Notes: generated by a model from the sequence alone, not told the origin. 64,000 bases of DNA from an uncultured Planctomycetota bacterium (GCA_963823665.1 CAWGMQ010000008.1:160001-224000); one strand, 5' to 3'; shown: positions 37,710 through 48,552, counted from the stretch's first letter. Numbers and translations: made by a program.

Positions 37710-40409
37710 TTAAACTTTGTTTACAGAAAAGGAATTCGCGAGTCCCTCCAACGTCATGTTTTCTGCGATCGCGTCATGCGGAATCAGCAGATAAACCCAC
37801 GGCTTTCCCCCGTAAGTGGCAGCGTAGTCGGAAGCATTTTTGCACCACGTGACGGCTGCGTCCCGCTTCGCGATGACGTCTGGCGATTCCATTTCATTGC
37901 GAGCTTTTGGTTCCATTAAGTAGATCATGTCCTTCGTCTCGGCCGCGAAATCAGGCTGGTATTCGAGGTGATCGACACCGGATTTATAGAAGATCTGGAA
38001 CTGTCCCTTAGCAGGTTTGAACCACTTGTCAGACTCGCGATCCAGGATGATTGCCAGTTTTCGTTCGCTGTCGGACTGGAACTTTTGGACCGGATAGAGA
38101 CAACGATTGAAACCACCGAACACGTATTTCGCCATGTTGCTCTTGTCGGTCGGCGAGTGTCGAAAATCCATTGGTGGCTCGGTCGCACTTGCCGTGAAGG
38201 CACTTGGCTTGAGATCTGTGAAGCCCTTGCTGATCTTCACCTCGTAAACGACCATAGGATCTTCCCAGTAGTGCAGCAGCATCTGCGCATGCACGAACCG
38301 AGCAATCTCCCGCTGGTAATACCTCAACACTTTTCGGATATCAGTATCTGCGAGATAGCTTCGGAAGTGCTGGACCGTCTGCGCTGCAAGGTCATAGAGC
38401 AAATCGGCCTGCTCATCGTATGCGATATCGTCAAAATCGATGAGACCGCTGACGACGTAGTCCTCAAGACGCGCTTCGTCGATGCTGCCTTTTCCGATTC
38501 CGACAATCTCAGTGGCTCCAGTGCGAAGGTGCTGAATCCAAAGCTCTTCGGAAGGTGGCTGGTAATTGAGGGTCGCGAGATTGAGGGTAAAGGCGTGGAA
38601 AGCTGATCGAACCTCACCCTTTGGGACGACCAGGATGCGAGGGATGTCGATCGTCTGCTGAATGATGAGTTCCGACGTCTTCGCTACGACTGCCGCAATG
38701 TCGGGCTTATCGCCGATGCCTTCGAGCATCAATTGGGTCGGTCGATATTGGCTCTCCACTTCCTTGGCCACGAGAGCCTGGATTTCCGGCTTCGACAAGT
38801 GGCTTACACTCGGAACGTCCTTCGGCTGGTTTTCTAGGCGGCGGATCACGTCATAGGCGATCTGGGCGACTTTCTGTTCTTCTGGACTCGTGAAGGCTGG
38901 TGGCTGATTCTGGCCAGCAACCTGCGTCGACGAGGTTTGGTGATCGGGCTGGATGCCCAACTTGTTCATGAGCTGAGATTGAGAAACAACAGTCGTGGTC
39001 TTCTCTGCAAGGACTTCAGGAGCCAGGATGACCTGTTGGATTCGGATCGGTGAATCCGATTTCTTGGCATCGTCGATAATCTCTTGGAATTTATCGTGCG
39101 CGACGATGTTAAGCCGATCGACAGTGATCACTCCTGTTCGCTTGCCGTAGGGAAGTCGGAGGCCACGACCAATCGATTGCTCAATGAGAATTCGGGCATT
39201 GGCGGCGCGAAGCGGTATGATCGTGTAGAGGTTCGTTACGTCCCAACCTTCCTTGAGCATGTTGACGTGGATTACGATTTCAGTCGGCTCGTCAGTGCTC
39301 TCAACCTTGAGCAGACGCTCGACCATCTCGTCCTCTTCCGCTCCGGTCTTGCTCGAATCGACCTGAATCACCTTCTCGTGGTATTGCCCCTCGAAGAACT
39401 TGTCAGAAGTCATGAGCTGCATCAGTTGGCCCGCGTGCGTCGTGTCGCGAGCGATAACGAGAAGGAAGGGCTTCACGATCGGATTGCCCGACTCGCGTGC
39501 GTAGGTTTCGAGTTCGACTTTCACGCTTTCGTGGAGCCGAACCCCGTCTTCCAGTTTGACTCGTTCGATCTCTTCGGGTGACATGCCGACCGGATTGAAG
39601 TTCTTGCGTGTGACTACGGCGGGCTCCTTCACGAACCCGTCGGCCATCGCCTTGCCCAGCGGGTAGTCGAAGATGACATTCTTGAAAGGGACCGCTCCCT
39701 TGCTCGTCTCGACGAAGGGCGTCGCCGTGAGTTCGAGCCCTAGGACTGGCTTGAGCTCGTTGATCGCCCTGACCCCTGCGGATGCCCTGTATCGGTGCGA
39801 CTCGTCCATGAGGAGAACCAGGTCATCCAGCCCTGCGAGGTAGTCGAAGTAGCTCTCCCCGATATACTCCGATAGTCGCTTAATGCGGGGAGCCTTCCCT
39901 CCGCGTACCTCGGAGTTGATCTTCGAGATATTGAAGACGTTGACCTTGCATCCAAGCAAAGCGTCGAAAAGCGTCTTGGCCGACGATTCGTAATCGTCAC
40001 CGGTAATAATGGCGGGTGGTTCGATAGCGAATTCCGCGATGCCTTTGAAGACGTATTTCGGGTGGTTGCGTTCGGAAAACTCACGAACCAGTTTATTGTA
40101 GATGGTCAGATTGGGGGCCAGGACGAAGAAGTTATTCAGACCGTGTGCGAGATGGAGATAACTGATGAAGGCTCCCATTAGCCTCGTCTTGCCCACGCCG
40201 GTAGCGAGTGCAAAGCACAGCGAAGGGAATTCCCGCTCAAAGTCTGTGACAGTAGGAAACTCACTGCGAATCGTTGCTAGGGCCGCCGATACGTCCACTT
40301 TCTTGGCAGGTGGAGCGATTTCCGTAACTCGGTCAAGGATCTCCAACGATTGCCGCTGCGGTGGGCGTAGGCTCAGGCGACCAGCGATGGAATTGACGTG
40401 ACGGTTCAT
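37710..40409 (-). CDS. res: Type III restriction endonuclease Res subunit
   Basis: LATGVGKT, DESH, MLKEGWDV, EQSIGRGLR, C-terminal YQPDF...EPK nuclease motif. Confidence 0.9.
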   Translation of the reverse strand: MNRHVNSIAGRLSLRPPQRQSLEILDRVTEIAPPAKKVDVSAALATIRSEFPTVTDFEREFPSLCFALATGVGKTRLMGAFISYLHLAHGLNNFFVLAPNLTIYNKLVREFSERNHPKYVFKGIAEFAIEPPAIITGDDYESSAKTLFDALLGCKVNVFNISKINSEVRGGKAPRIKRLSEYIGESYFDYLAGLDDLVLLMDESHRYRASAGVRAINELKPVLGLELTATPFVETSKGAVPFKNVIFDYPLGKAMADGFVKEPAVVTRKNFNPVGMSPEEIERVKLEDGVRLHESVKVELETYARESGNPIVKPFLLVIARDTTHAGQLMQLMTSDKFFEGQYHEKVIQVDSSKTGAEEDEMVERLLKVESTDEPTEIVIHVNMLKEGWDVTNLYTIIPLRAANARILIEQSIGRGLRLPYGKRTGVITVDRLNIVAHDKFQEIIDDAKKSDSPIRIQQVILAPEVLAEKTTTVVSQSQLMNKLGIQPDHQTSSTQVAGQNQPPAFTSPEEQKVAQIAYDVIRRLENQPKDVPSVSHLSKPEIQALVAKEVESQYRPTQLMLEGIGDKPDIAAVVAKTSELIIQQTIDIPRILVVPKGEVRSAFHAFTLNLATLNYQPPSEELWIQHLRTGATEIVGIGKGSIDEARLEDYVVSGLIDFDDIAYDEQADLLYDLAAQTVQHFRSYLADTDIRKVLRYYQREIARFVHAQMLLHYWEDPMVVYEVKISKGFTDLKPSAFTASATEPPMDFRHSPTDKSNMAKYVFGGFNRCLYPVQKFQSDSERKLAIILDRESDKWFKPAKGQFQIFYKSGVDHLEYQPDFAAETKDMIYLMEPKARNEMESPDVIAKRDAAVTWCKNASDYAATYGGKPWVYLLIPHDAIAENMTLEGLANSFSVNKV

Positions 40410-42043
40410 CGCTTGGCCTCCTCATCGAAAAGCAACCGTTGCTGACCTGGTTTCGGAGGAGCCTTCGGAAGGTTCTCAATCTTTAGACTGTAGTCATCGT
40501 GCCCCCACTCGCAACGCATCTCCACGTGCTTGGGAATCTTTCTTACCGTGAGATTCGGGAATTGATCTGACTTCCCTCGAAACGACGAGCAGAGCACCAG
40601 AAGCGATCGCTCGGAACCGACTTCGTCTGACAATTCCTGGAGCTGCTCGCGACTAAGATTCTGGGTCGTTACGTAAAGGAAGTCTCTTTCTGTCGAATGG
40701 CCATGTTGCCAGTAGACAGAATCACTCGGGGCGTAAGTAAAACCTTCTAACTTGCAGAGAGCCTCGGCGAGCATCTCGCCGTTGTAGGTCTTGCTTATTA
40801 CCAGACGGCCCCATTTGTCCTTCTCAAGCAGCGATGGCGCAAGCCTGTAATAACGAAACCCACCACCACCTTTCCACTCCGCTGCCTCCGTGATCCCCCC
40901 CGGATCGTCCCCGTCAATGACTTTTTTCAAGCGGGGAATGATATGCGAATGACAATGTTCTCCCAGTTCGACCATGATCCACCGTCGCCCCATTTTGTGG
41001 GCAACCGCACCCGTGGTGCCAGACCCTGCAAAGGAGTCAAGTACCCAATCACCAGGACTTGTTGAAAGCTGGATCACTCTGCGAAGGAGCTTTTCGGGCT
41101 TGGGAGTCTGAAAAACGTCGTCCTCACCATGAAACATTGCCTTCAAATCAATGCTCGCCTCTTTGTTGCTGCCTGACTCCTCATGGGTCCACCATGTGTT
41201 CGGAGTGAGTCCATCGGTCATCTCGCTGAGAAACTTTTTGAGCATTGGGCGACCGTCCCCACTTCGTCCAAAAGTGATACGGTTATCCGCCAACCAGGCT
41301 TTATACTGTTCTTCGTTGCACCGCCAGTATCTACCCTTGGGAGGGTAAAACACCGCTCCTGTCGGGCCAGTGATTGGAAATTGCCCTGCGGCGTAAAACT
41401 TGCCCGCTGAGAGATTTTCGGCTTTCCAAGGGCCCCTCGCATCATTATCAAAACTCGAGAATTTCTCTTTTTGCTCTTGTGTTCGCGGGAGCTTGCCCAT
41501 AGTAAACTTAGTCCCATCCTTCGCATACACAAGAATATGATCGTGTGTATTCGAGATGTGTTTTGCGGTCTGATTCGATGTATAGGCTTTTTGCCACACG
41601 ATATTTGCGACAAAATTGGGCCTTCCGAAAACCTCGTCGCAAAGGACTTTGAGGTAATGAGCTTCTGTGTCGTCAATCGTGATCCAAATCGAACCACGGG
41701 AATGAAGTAGCGTCCGAAGTACCTCAAGCCTCTCTCTTATCATCGACAACCACAGCGAATGCTCGACCCCATCATCGTAATGCTCGAATGCAGCGCCAGT
41801 ATTATATGGTGGGTCTATAAATATACAGTGAATGCTATTAGCAAAGTGATGTTCAAGAGCTTTAAGTGCGAGTAAGTTGTCATCTTTAACTAGTATATTG
41901 TCAAAGATATCAGAGTCAGTCAGTCTATGTTGCGCGTGATAGGATCGCTCCGGCGATTCCAGAAGAATCCTCGGCTCCAGCCGTGGCCGGTTCTCTTTAC
42001 CGATCCAGGTCAGTTCTAGTCGTTGCTTCTTGCTCATGGTCAA
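40406..42043 (-). CDS. mod: Type III adenine DNA methyltransferase Mod subunit
   Basis: IDPPYNTG, TPKPEKLL, VLDSFAGSGTTG; 4-bp overlaps with both neighbours. Confidence 0.92.
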   Translation of the reverse strand: MTMSKKQRLELTWIGKENRPRLEPRILLESPERSYHAQHRLTDSDIFDNILVKDDNLLALKALEHHFANSIHCIFIDPPYNTGAAFEHYDDGVEHSLWLSMIRERLEVLRTLLHSRGSIWITIDDTEAHYLKVLCDEVFGRPNFVANIVWQKAYTSNQTAKHISNTHDHILVYAKDGTKFTMGKLPRTQEQKEKFSSFDNDARGPWKAENLSAGKFYAAGQFPITGPTGAVFYPPKGRYWRCNEEQYKAWLADNRITFGRSGDGRPMLKKFLSEMTDGLTPNTWWTHEESGSNKEASIDLKAMFHGEDDVFQTPKPEKLLRRVIQLSTSPGDWVLDSFAGSGTTGAVAHKMGRRWIMVELGEHCHSHIIPRLKKVIDGDDPGGITEAAEWKGGGGFRYYRLAPSLLEKDKWGRLVISKTYNGEMLAEALCKLEGFTYAPSDSVYWQHGHSTERDFLYVTTQNLSREQLQELSDEVGSERSLLVLCSSFRGKSDQFPNLTVRKIPKHVEMRCEWGHDDYSLKIENLPKAPPKPGQQRLLFDEEAKR

Positions 42044-43866
42044 TTCGTAGCAGGTGTTTGTGTGGTTGGCGAGTCATTTACCTGAGGGGCTCTTGACCCA
42101 TCGCGTTGGTGACGATCTTGTTCAACAAGCCGACGAAGCACGCCATCCGCCAGCTGCTGGGCATCGGTCAAGTTTCTGAATATGGCTAGATAACCCTTTA
42201 CTCCTTGTAACTGTGCGGAGTCTGTCAGAATCGCCTCGGCGATCAAGTTCGTTTGTTGAGACAAGGACGTTTTGTCCGCATCAGTGAGCTGTAAGTCCAC
42301 TCTAGTCAGAACGTCCTTCAGTCGGTGTGCGACAAATGCCATGGTGAAATAACGACCATGACGGAAGAACATGCGGCGGTGATATACTGTCTCCGACCGC
42401 TCCGAGTCCGCCAATATCTGGTCCAGCAATCGGTGAATGCGGACTAGGCGGCAAATCCTGAGGCTCGTCACGTTCGAGCCAAAGATCAGCTTGTAGTATT
42501 CAGAGTTTTGATCCCAAAGCCTGCTGACCTCCTTTTTGGCGGCAACGACCAAGTCGATCGCATGGAGATGGGGTTGTCTACGGCTTTCGCGTGTTTGCAC
42601 TTCGACGCTTGAGAGGATCGGTTGTGACAAGCAGGCGAGGGCAAGAGCCGCCTCCTCTACCGTAAACGAATCGTCGCGTCGAACTCTGGCGTCCGCCGAG
42701 GGACGATAATGATAGGTGATCCCGGTGACGGCAAGTTCTTGCCGGATTCGTTCTTGGTTCGGGTCGAGCGCGGCGAAGTCAATACCTCTGGCGGCTGTCT
42801 GGAGATTGCGAGCCTGTGTTACTCTTCGCCCGAAGTCATCATTAGCTGTCCCGATCTCGATGACCGTGATCATCAGCTTAGCATCGAGTGAGATGTCACC
42901 TTCCATGGCTGCGGTGGCAATGGAACCTGCGGGCTGCGCTCCGTTGACGATAGAAACCTTCTCCAAGCGGAAATTGTTTCGATCGGAGTTCCCTCCTCCT
43001 GGAACGATACTCTCTGCCACCGCCGTCAGGCCGTTATTCAAGTAGAAGAGGTCGCCAGGCCTCCGTCGTACTGTCTCTTCGATGGCGGCGTTAACGCCTA
43101 CGGAACCCAAGTAATGTCGGATATTTCGCTCAAACAGAGCTTTGCCCTTGTCCTCGACGAGTTCTGCTAAATCAGCGGCACTGATTTGTCCATAGATGGC
43201 CTTTCGGGGAGTAGTAATGTGTGCCCAATTCTCGAGGAAGACGTCAACCGATGCTATGGGAGGCGCTTCTTCCTCGACCAGCCACCCGAAGACAGTAGAA
43301 ATCCCACACTTTTTCCAGAGCATTCTCTGGCTCAGACGGTTCATCTGCGTTTGCAGAGCATCAAGGTCGGTCGTGGCGTGCGGTCCAAGGGTTTCGCCGA
43401 GGAAGACGACGATTACTTCGAACACGACACCGGGGCTATCGAGTGCCTCCTCGATCTCGTCGAGGCGGTTCTGGAAGTGCGCGTTAAACTCCTGGAAGCG
43501 GCGATCCTGGAGTGCACGAATCCCATTGATAGTCTTTTGAACCTCTTCCTGGCTGGGTGCCGTACCTGTTCGCTTATATTTAGACTGAACGATGACGAGG
43601 CGGTTTCGTGCTTTGTCGAAGAGGAACGCATCGATACCGAAGTCGTCGTCTCCATCTGTCAAAGCACCTGCGGCGGCGACGTCGTCGACTTCCGATAGAC
43701 CGACAAGGCAGTAGGCGGCGAGTGCTCTCGATAGACGATCGACGTCGTGCGTTTCCTCGTTCCAACCCTGACGTTGGGGTTTCTCGACCTTCGGCACGAG
43801 CGGAAAGAACCGCTGCCGGAGCGCCATCTCGACGTGAACAACCTGTATTTCTTGCTCGGTTGGCAT
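42040..43866 (-). CDS. AIPR family protein
   Basis: DDFGIDA, QSKY, LFERNIRHYLG, FYLNNGLT, SIVNGAQ, ARNLQT. Confidence 0.85.
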   Translation of the reverse strand: MPTEQEIQVVHVEMALRQRFFPLVPKVEKPQRQGWNEETHDVDRLSRALAAYCLVGLSEVDDVAAAGALTDGDDDFGIDAFLFDKARNRLVIVQSKYKRTGTAPSQEEVQKTINGIRALQDRRFQEFNAHFQNRLDEIEEALDSPGVVFEVIVVFLGETLGPHATTDLDALQTQMNRLSQRMLWKKCGISTVFGWLVEEEAPPIASVDVFLENWAHITTPRKAIYGQISAADLAELVEDKGKALFERNIRHYLGSVGVNAAIEETVRRRPGDLFYLNNGLTAVAESIVPGGGNSDRNNFRLEKVSIVNGAQPAGSIATAAMEGDISLDAKLMITVIEIGTANDDFGRRVTQARNLQTAARGIDFAALDPNQERIRQELAVTGITYHYRPSADARVRRDDSFTVEEAALALACLSQPILSSVEVQTRESRRQPHLHAIDLVVAAKKEVSRLWDQNSEYYKLIFGSNVTSLRICRLVRIHRLLDQILADSERSETVYHRRMFFRHGRYFTMAFVAHRLKDVLTRVDLQLTDADKTSLSQQTNLIAEAILTDSAQLQGVKGYLAIFRNLTDAQQLADGVLRRLVEQDRHQRDGSRAPQVNDSPTTQTPATN

Positions 43867-43870
43867 GGGG

Positions 43871-46723
43871 TTACGACAGTTTCCAACGGATCGAGAATAG
43901 CTCGACGATGCTTACATTCTGTGACAGCTTCCCCTCGATCTGGGCGATCAGCTCGCCCCTCTGTCGATCCACCTCGTCCTGCGCGTCGAACAGGGTTCTT
44001 CTCTTCTGGTTGCGTAGAGCTTCAAGGTTCTTAACCTGTTTCTGGCCGGCAAGCTTCTCCTCCAAGGCGAGAGCGGCACTTGCCGTCCTTCGAGCCTCCT
44101 TGACTTGGCGATCAATTTCCTTGATCTCCCTTTCCAGACCCAGCTTGATGTCGTCGGCCCAGCCATCGAGCTTTTCGGCTTCGGCCTCGAAGAAACCGGC
44201 ATTACGTTCCGAAATTCGTTTCTGAATTTCTGCCTTCCGCGAATCCCGCATCTTCTCAAGCGGCGCATCGACCTGCACATTCCAATCTGCGGAACCTATC
44301 ACTCGTCCCGGGACCGTCAAGAGCCGTCGCGATGTCTCCTCATCCATGAGGTTCCCCTCCTCGGTGACGCCGGCAAAGACGAGATAATCCTCGGCTTGGT
44401 TGAGTGACTCGATGGTTAATTCGCTCAGGGTTAGGTAGCCACTCTTCCCATGCATAGGTTCGAGAAGCGTCACCTTTCCGTCGTGGTCACTGTATGAGAA
44501 TTCGACCTCGACTTTGGGTAGGTCGCGGGATTTCGCTTGGCTGAGGATCGCCTCGGCAAGGGGGTGACCGGTACGATACAGGTGGGCTTCTCCTGACCGT
44601 CTCGGCAATTCGTAAAGGCCCGCTGGTATATGAGTCCCGAACGGGCTGTTCTTGAGCCGGAACGCGGAATCGCTCAAGAACTCGGCGTAGCCGTTGAGCT
44701 CGTGCCGGGTGAGTTGCATCAATAGCCGCTCAAACTGGTTCAGATAGGCTTTGGACGCTTCATCCCGGATCTTGAGCTTCTCCCGGACTTCGTCGTCGAA
44801 ATTCTCAAGGAGTTGACGGCGCGTCTTGGTCATCGCCTCGTTGATCTCCATGCTCAGTTCGAGTTGGAGCTGGTCGAATGCTGCCTGGATCTCCGTGGGT
44901 TTCCGGCATCGCTGGTAGATGGCCGCGATACGCTTCTCAAAATCCACGCCCGACTCAATCGCGCCGAGCACTTCGTCGCTGGCACCAAAGACCCCTTCGA
45001 AAAGCTGAAACTTCTCGGAGAGTAGTTCGAAAACGCGAAGGTCGGCTTCGTTCGAGCGGTTGAGGAAGTTAACGACAACGACGTCGTGCTTCTGCCCATA
45101 ACGATGACAGCGTCCGATCCGCTGCTCGATGCGCTGGGGATTCCATGGAAGGTCGTAGTTCACTACGAGTGAGCAGAACTGAAGGTTGATCCCCTCGGCT
45201 CCGGCCTCGGTCGCGATCATGATCCGCCCCTCTTCGCGGAAGTAATCCACGAGCGCAGAGCGCATATCAGCCGTTCGTGAGCCGGTGACGCGATCTGTCC
45301 CTTGGTGTCGGTCCAGCCAGGCTTTATAGATCGCCTTGGAGCGGTCGTCCGTATTGGTGCCATTGAAGAGAACGATTCCGTGAGAGAACGGGCTGTCGGC
45401 CAGAACGCGTAAGAGATAGTTCTGGGTCTTACGAGATTCAGTGAAGACGATCGCTTTCTGGGCGGCTCCTAACTCATCCGCTTTCGCGAATGCCGCGGAA
45501 AGAGCCTGAAGCAACGCCTTGCCTTTCGCGTTGTGCTCGATCGAGGTGGCTAGAGCCGCGAATGATTCGAGGTCCGCGATTTCCTGTTCGAGCGCCTTTC
45601 GATCAGCCTCGGTCAGCGGTTTGGCCACCTCGTCTTCCGTCCACTCCTCGGCTGTTTCATCTAAAGCCTCGTACTCCTCTTCAAATTCCTTTTCGAGCGA
45701 GAACATCGACTCTTGCTTCCTCAGCGTAGACTTGAGGCGATTCGAGATTGAGGTTAGGGCTCCGGCGATGGCAAAAGTCGATGATGCGAGCAACTTCCGG
45801 AGGACAAGCGTCATCAAAGACCGCTGGCCTGCCGGAAGAGCCTGGAGGTTCTCGCGTCGCAGATAGTCCGAAACCAGATTATAGAGACGGTCCTCACCCT
45901 CTTCGGGCGTATATTCCTGAACGATCGGCAGTCTCTGGGTATAGGGGATATAGTGCGTCACTTGTCGGCGGAGCGTGCGGTGGCAGATGGGCCTCAGACG
46001 CGCCTTGAGCGTCTGAAATACCAACTCCTGGCTGACGTTGGCGAATTGTTCGCGAAAGCTCTTAAGATCGCCAAAGGTATGCTCATCGATAAAGCTGACG
46101 AGCCCAAAAAGCTCTAGGAGTGAGTTCTGAAGCGGCGTTGCAGTCAGCAAGAGCTTGTTGCGTTCCTTGAGTGCCTGCTTCAGTGTGTTCGCGATGACAT
46201 TTGAGGGTTTGTAGACGTTCCGGAGACGATGGGCCTCGTCGATAACGACAAGGTCCCAGGCCGTGTTGTGAACGTCGGCTGCCTTGCTTCTCGCGAATTG
46301 ATAAGAACAAATAACGACCGTGTCGGATGGCTCGAAGGGTCGTAAGTTGCCTCGTTTGATCGCCTCGTTATAAGACCGAGCTTCGAGGATTTGGCAAGGA
46401 AGAAAGAACTTTTCCGTCAGCTCTTGGTGCCACTGCTTTCGGAGGTTCGATGGGGTGATGACCAGGATTCGCCGTTTACGCTCCGCCCAGATCTGTGAGA
46501 GAACCAGCCCCGCCTCGATGGTCTTCCCGAGGCCGACCTCGTCAGCCAAGACGGCTCCCCTGGAAAACGGGGAGTGAAAAGCGAAGAGAGCCGCGTCCAC
46601 CTGATGCGGATTGAGATCGACTTGAGCGCCAGCAACCGCTGCCGCCAGTTTCTCAACACTGTCGGAGGAACACCGCTTAGTCAGTTCATGGGCGAAGTAT
46701 TTCGCGTGGTAGTCCGTGATCAT
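43871..46723 (-). CDS. SNF2-family (RapA-like) helicase/ATPase
   Basis: LADEVGLGKTIEAG, DEAH, LLTATPLQN, EGINLQ, DLPWNPQRIEQRIGRCHRYGQ. Confidence 0.92.
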   Translation of the reverse strand: MITDYHAKYFAHELTKRCSSDSVEKLAAAVAGAQVDLNPHQVDAALFAFHSPFSRGAVLADEVGLGKTIEAGLVLSQIWAERKRRILVITPSNLRKQWHQELTEKFFLPCQILEARSYNEAIKRGNLRPFEPSDTVVICSYQFARSKAADVHNTAWDLVVIDEAHRLRNVYKPSNVIANTLKQALKERNKLLLTATPLQNSLLELFGLVSFIDEHTFGDLKSFREQFANVSQELVFQTLKARLRPICHRTLRRQVTHYIPYTQRLPIVQEYTPEEGEDRLYNLVSDYLRRENLQALPAGQRSLMTLVLRKLLASSTFAIAGALTSISNRLKSTLRKQESMFSLEKEFEEEYEALDETAEEWTEDEVAKPLTEADRKALEQEIADLESFAALATSIEHNAKGKALLQALSAAFAKADELGAAQKAIVFTESRKTQNYLLRVLADSPFSHGIVLFNGTNTDDRSKAIYKAWLDRHQGTDRVTGSRTADMRSALVDYFREEGRIMIATEAGAEGINLQFCSLVVNYDLPWNPQRIEQRIGRCHRYGQKHDVVVVNFLNRSNEADLRVFELLSEKFQLFEGVFGASDEVLGAIESGVDFEKRIAAIYQRCRKPTEIQAAFDQLQLELSMEINEAMTKTRRQLLENFDDEVREKLKIRDEASKAYLNQFERLLMQLTRHELNGYAEFLSDSAFRLKNSPFGTHIPAGLYELPRRSGEAHLYRTGHPLAEAILSQAKSRDLPKVEVEFSYSDHDGKVTLLEPMHGKSGYLTLSELTIESLNQAEDYLVFAGVTEEGNLMDEETSRRLLTVPGRVIGSADWNVQVDAPLEKMRDSRKAEIQKRISERNAGFFEAEAEKLDGWADDIKLGLEREIKEIDRQVKEARRTASAALALEEKLAGQKQVKNLEALRNQKRRTLFDAQDEVDRQRGELIAQIEGKLSQNVSIVELFSIRWKLS

Positions 46724-47145
46724 TGTAGGATCGATGCATGCAAGGAGGAGTTGCTTTAGGAGTAGCTTCTTCTCAAGTTAAAATCAAGCAGATCAAGGAG
46801 ATGCATCATACCAGGTCCGTCGGGGTACTTCATCCTTCGCCCCCGCTCTAATGTACGGCGGCCGACGTCGTAGGCTCTGTACTATGTAAACCGTTATATT
46901 ACAAAAGGTTATAGAAACTCAGAGCGACCAGTCCTTCTGGTTTGTGTCTATTGGGCGAGCCTCATCCGATTGTTTAATATTTGGCAAACAATTACGTGTG
47001 CAGAGTATCCTGACCCAGACCAGCGGCGTCAGGTCATGGGTCCCGCGGGTCCGGATGCGGACCGCGATCGGTTCCTCGGCGGAGGAATGTTTCGGCCGGT
47101 CACGCTGGGGCGTGGCTTTAATCGTGTTGGCGGTCTTGAGAGCAA

Positions 47146-47460
47146 CTACTTCTTGAGAATCAGGTAGACGATTGTCCCGTAAAGGGCGGCCATGCCTGAA
47201 AGGAAGACTAGTCCGAGCAACGCTTCGATGGCCAGCCGGACCCTGGGCCACCTTCGGCCGATCGTGTCCCAGAAAAAGATCGTTCCCCAAACAAGGGTGA
47301 GCACGGCGGCCAGGACGACGTCGTGATCGGGGCTGCGGGGAAAGGATTTCAGGGAGTTGGACAGATACGGGTAGGTCACGATGAACGTGATCGCAATGCC
47401 GGGCCTCGGGTTAATCGTCCGGGCCGGGTAGCTGCTGCGGTGTGGAGCGGTTCCTGACAT
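47146..47460 (-). CDS. Small membrane protein
   Basis: Two to three hydrophobic segments; start taken at ATG 47460. Confidence 0.45.
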   Translation of the reverse strand: MSGTAPHRSSYPARTINPRPGIAITFIVTYPYLSNSLKSFPRSPDHDVVLAAVLTLVWGTIFFWDTIGRRWPRVRLAIEALLGLVFLSGMAALYGTIVYLILKK

Positions 47461-47704
47461 ATAACAATCACATAGCGCATCTAGCGCCAAAGCTCCAGCG
47501 GAATCAAACTGGCTGCGTAGGGACCGTCATGGCTCGGGTGGAGGCGGATTTGTAGCACCCAAGATCGATTCGCTCTTCTGGAGGCCGTCTAAATCGTTCC
47601 TAGGGCACTCCGGCCTTGGAACCGATCTCCCCCTTCCCTGAAAAACACTTCCTTTGCTTCCCCTCCTCCGAACTTTGACAGGTTTCATAGGACACTTACA
47701 GAAG

Positions 47705-48217
47705 TTGTCCACAGGCTGATCACGTTAAGTAAGTTATATAAATAATACTTAAAGTTAAACAGTTAGCACCTCAATATCTCTCTGAGTTACCGAAGAAATC
47801 GGGCAATTCGTGCGCCTGATAGGCCGAGCCTTTGCGCCCAATAGGCCGGGAGCAAATGCGGCTAATAGGCCGAGCATGGTGCGCCCAATAGGCCGTGTCA
47901 TTTCACAGCCTCCGGACGAAGATTCGGTGGCTGGCCCCCTCGCCCGACCCGTTGAGGATTTGCGCCTGATAGGCCGTCCCCTTGGATGCCATACTTCCGG
48001 AAGCGGAATCACAACCGTCTGCCTTCGTCGGGGACTTATAAACGCCCCCCTCCCCCGTTTTTGTGGGCGGGATACGCTCAATAGGCCGTGTATAACACGT
48101 CGTTGCTGGATCACTTACGCCTAATAGGCGGTGTCCAGTCATCGCCCCCTCGCCTCTTTGCGTCTAATAGGCCGTGTCCAGTCATCGCCCCCTCCCCCCG
48201 TTGCGTCCAATAGGCCG
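47705..48217. other. Iteron-type replication origin
   Basis: DnaA-box-like TTGTCCACA (47705), AT-rich tract (about 47724-47765), nine 16-bp repeats of type TGCGCCYRATAGGCCG at 47811, 47833, 47857, 47880, 47961, 48073, 48116, 48159, 48202. Confidence 0.8.
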
Positions 48218-48223
48218 TGCTCC

Positions 48224-48552
48224 CTACTTGGCTATCTCGCTGAACTTTATCGATTTCGAGTTAATGCCACGGGCAACCCGGCGACGGGCATGACGCGGGG
48301 ACTCGTATCGCGGGTCGTCCAGTGAGAGCTGGTCGCGCTTTAGGAAATGAATGATCTCCTCCCCCTCCTCATTCTTGTGGAGCAGCGCCGTGTACTCCGG
48401 CAGCGAGTCAGCATCGACCACCTTGCGGACGTCGATGGCGAAGTCAGAGAAGCGCGAGGTTGAGCCGGACTTTTCGTAGAGCTGGCGCATGGTGAACTGC
48501 CATCCGCCCTCCTGCTGGCCGGCATGCTTGCGGGCAACCCGGTAAAGCCAGA
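48224..48552 (-). pseudogene. repA: C-terminal fragment of replication initiator protein A (RPA family)
   Basis: WLYRVARKHAGQQEGGWQFTMRQLYEKSGSTSRFSDFAIDVRKVVDADSLPEY resembles the RPA-family C-terminus; no N-terminal part upstream; abuts the iterons. Confidence 0.75.

Noticed and set aside
47811..48217. CRISPR array
   Set aside because: Repeats are 16 bp and degenerate, spacing is irregular or helically phased, two spacers are near duplicates and no cas genes are present; iterons fit better.
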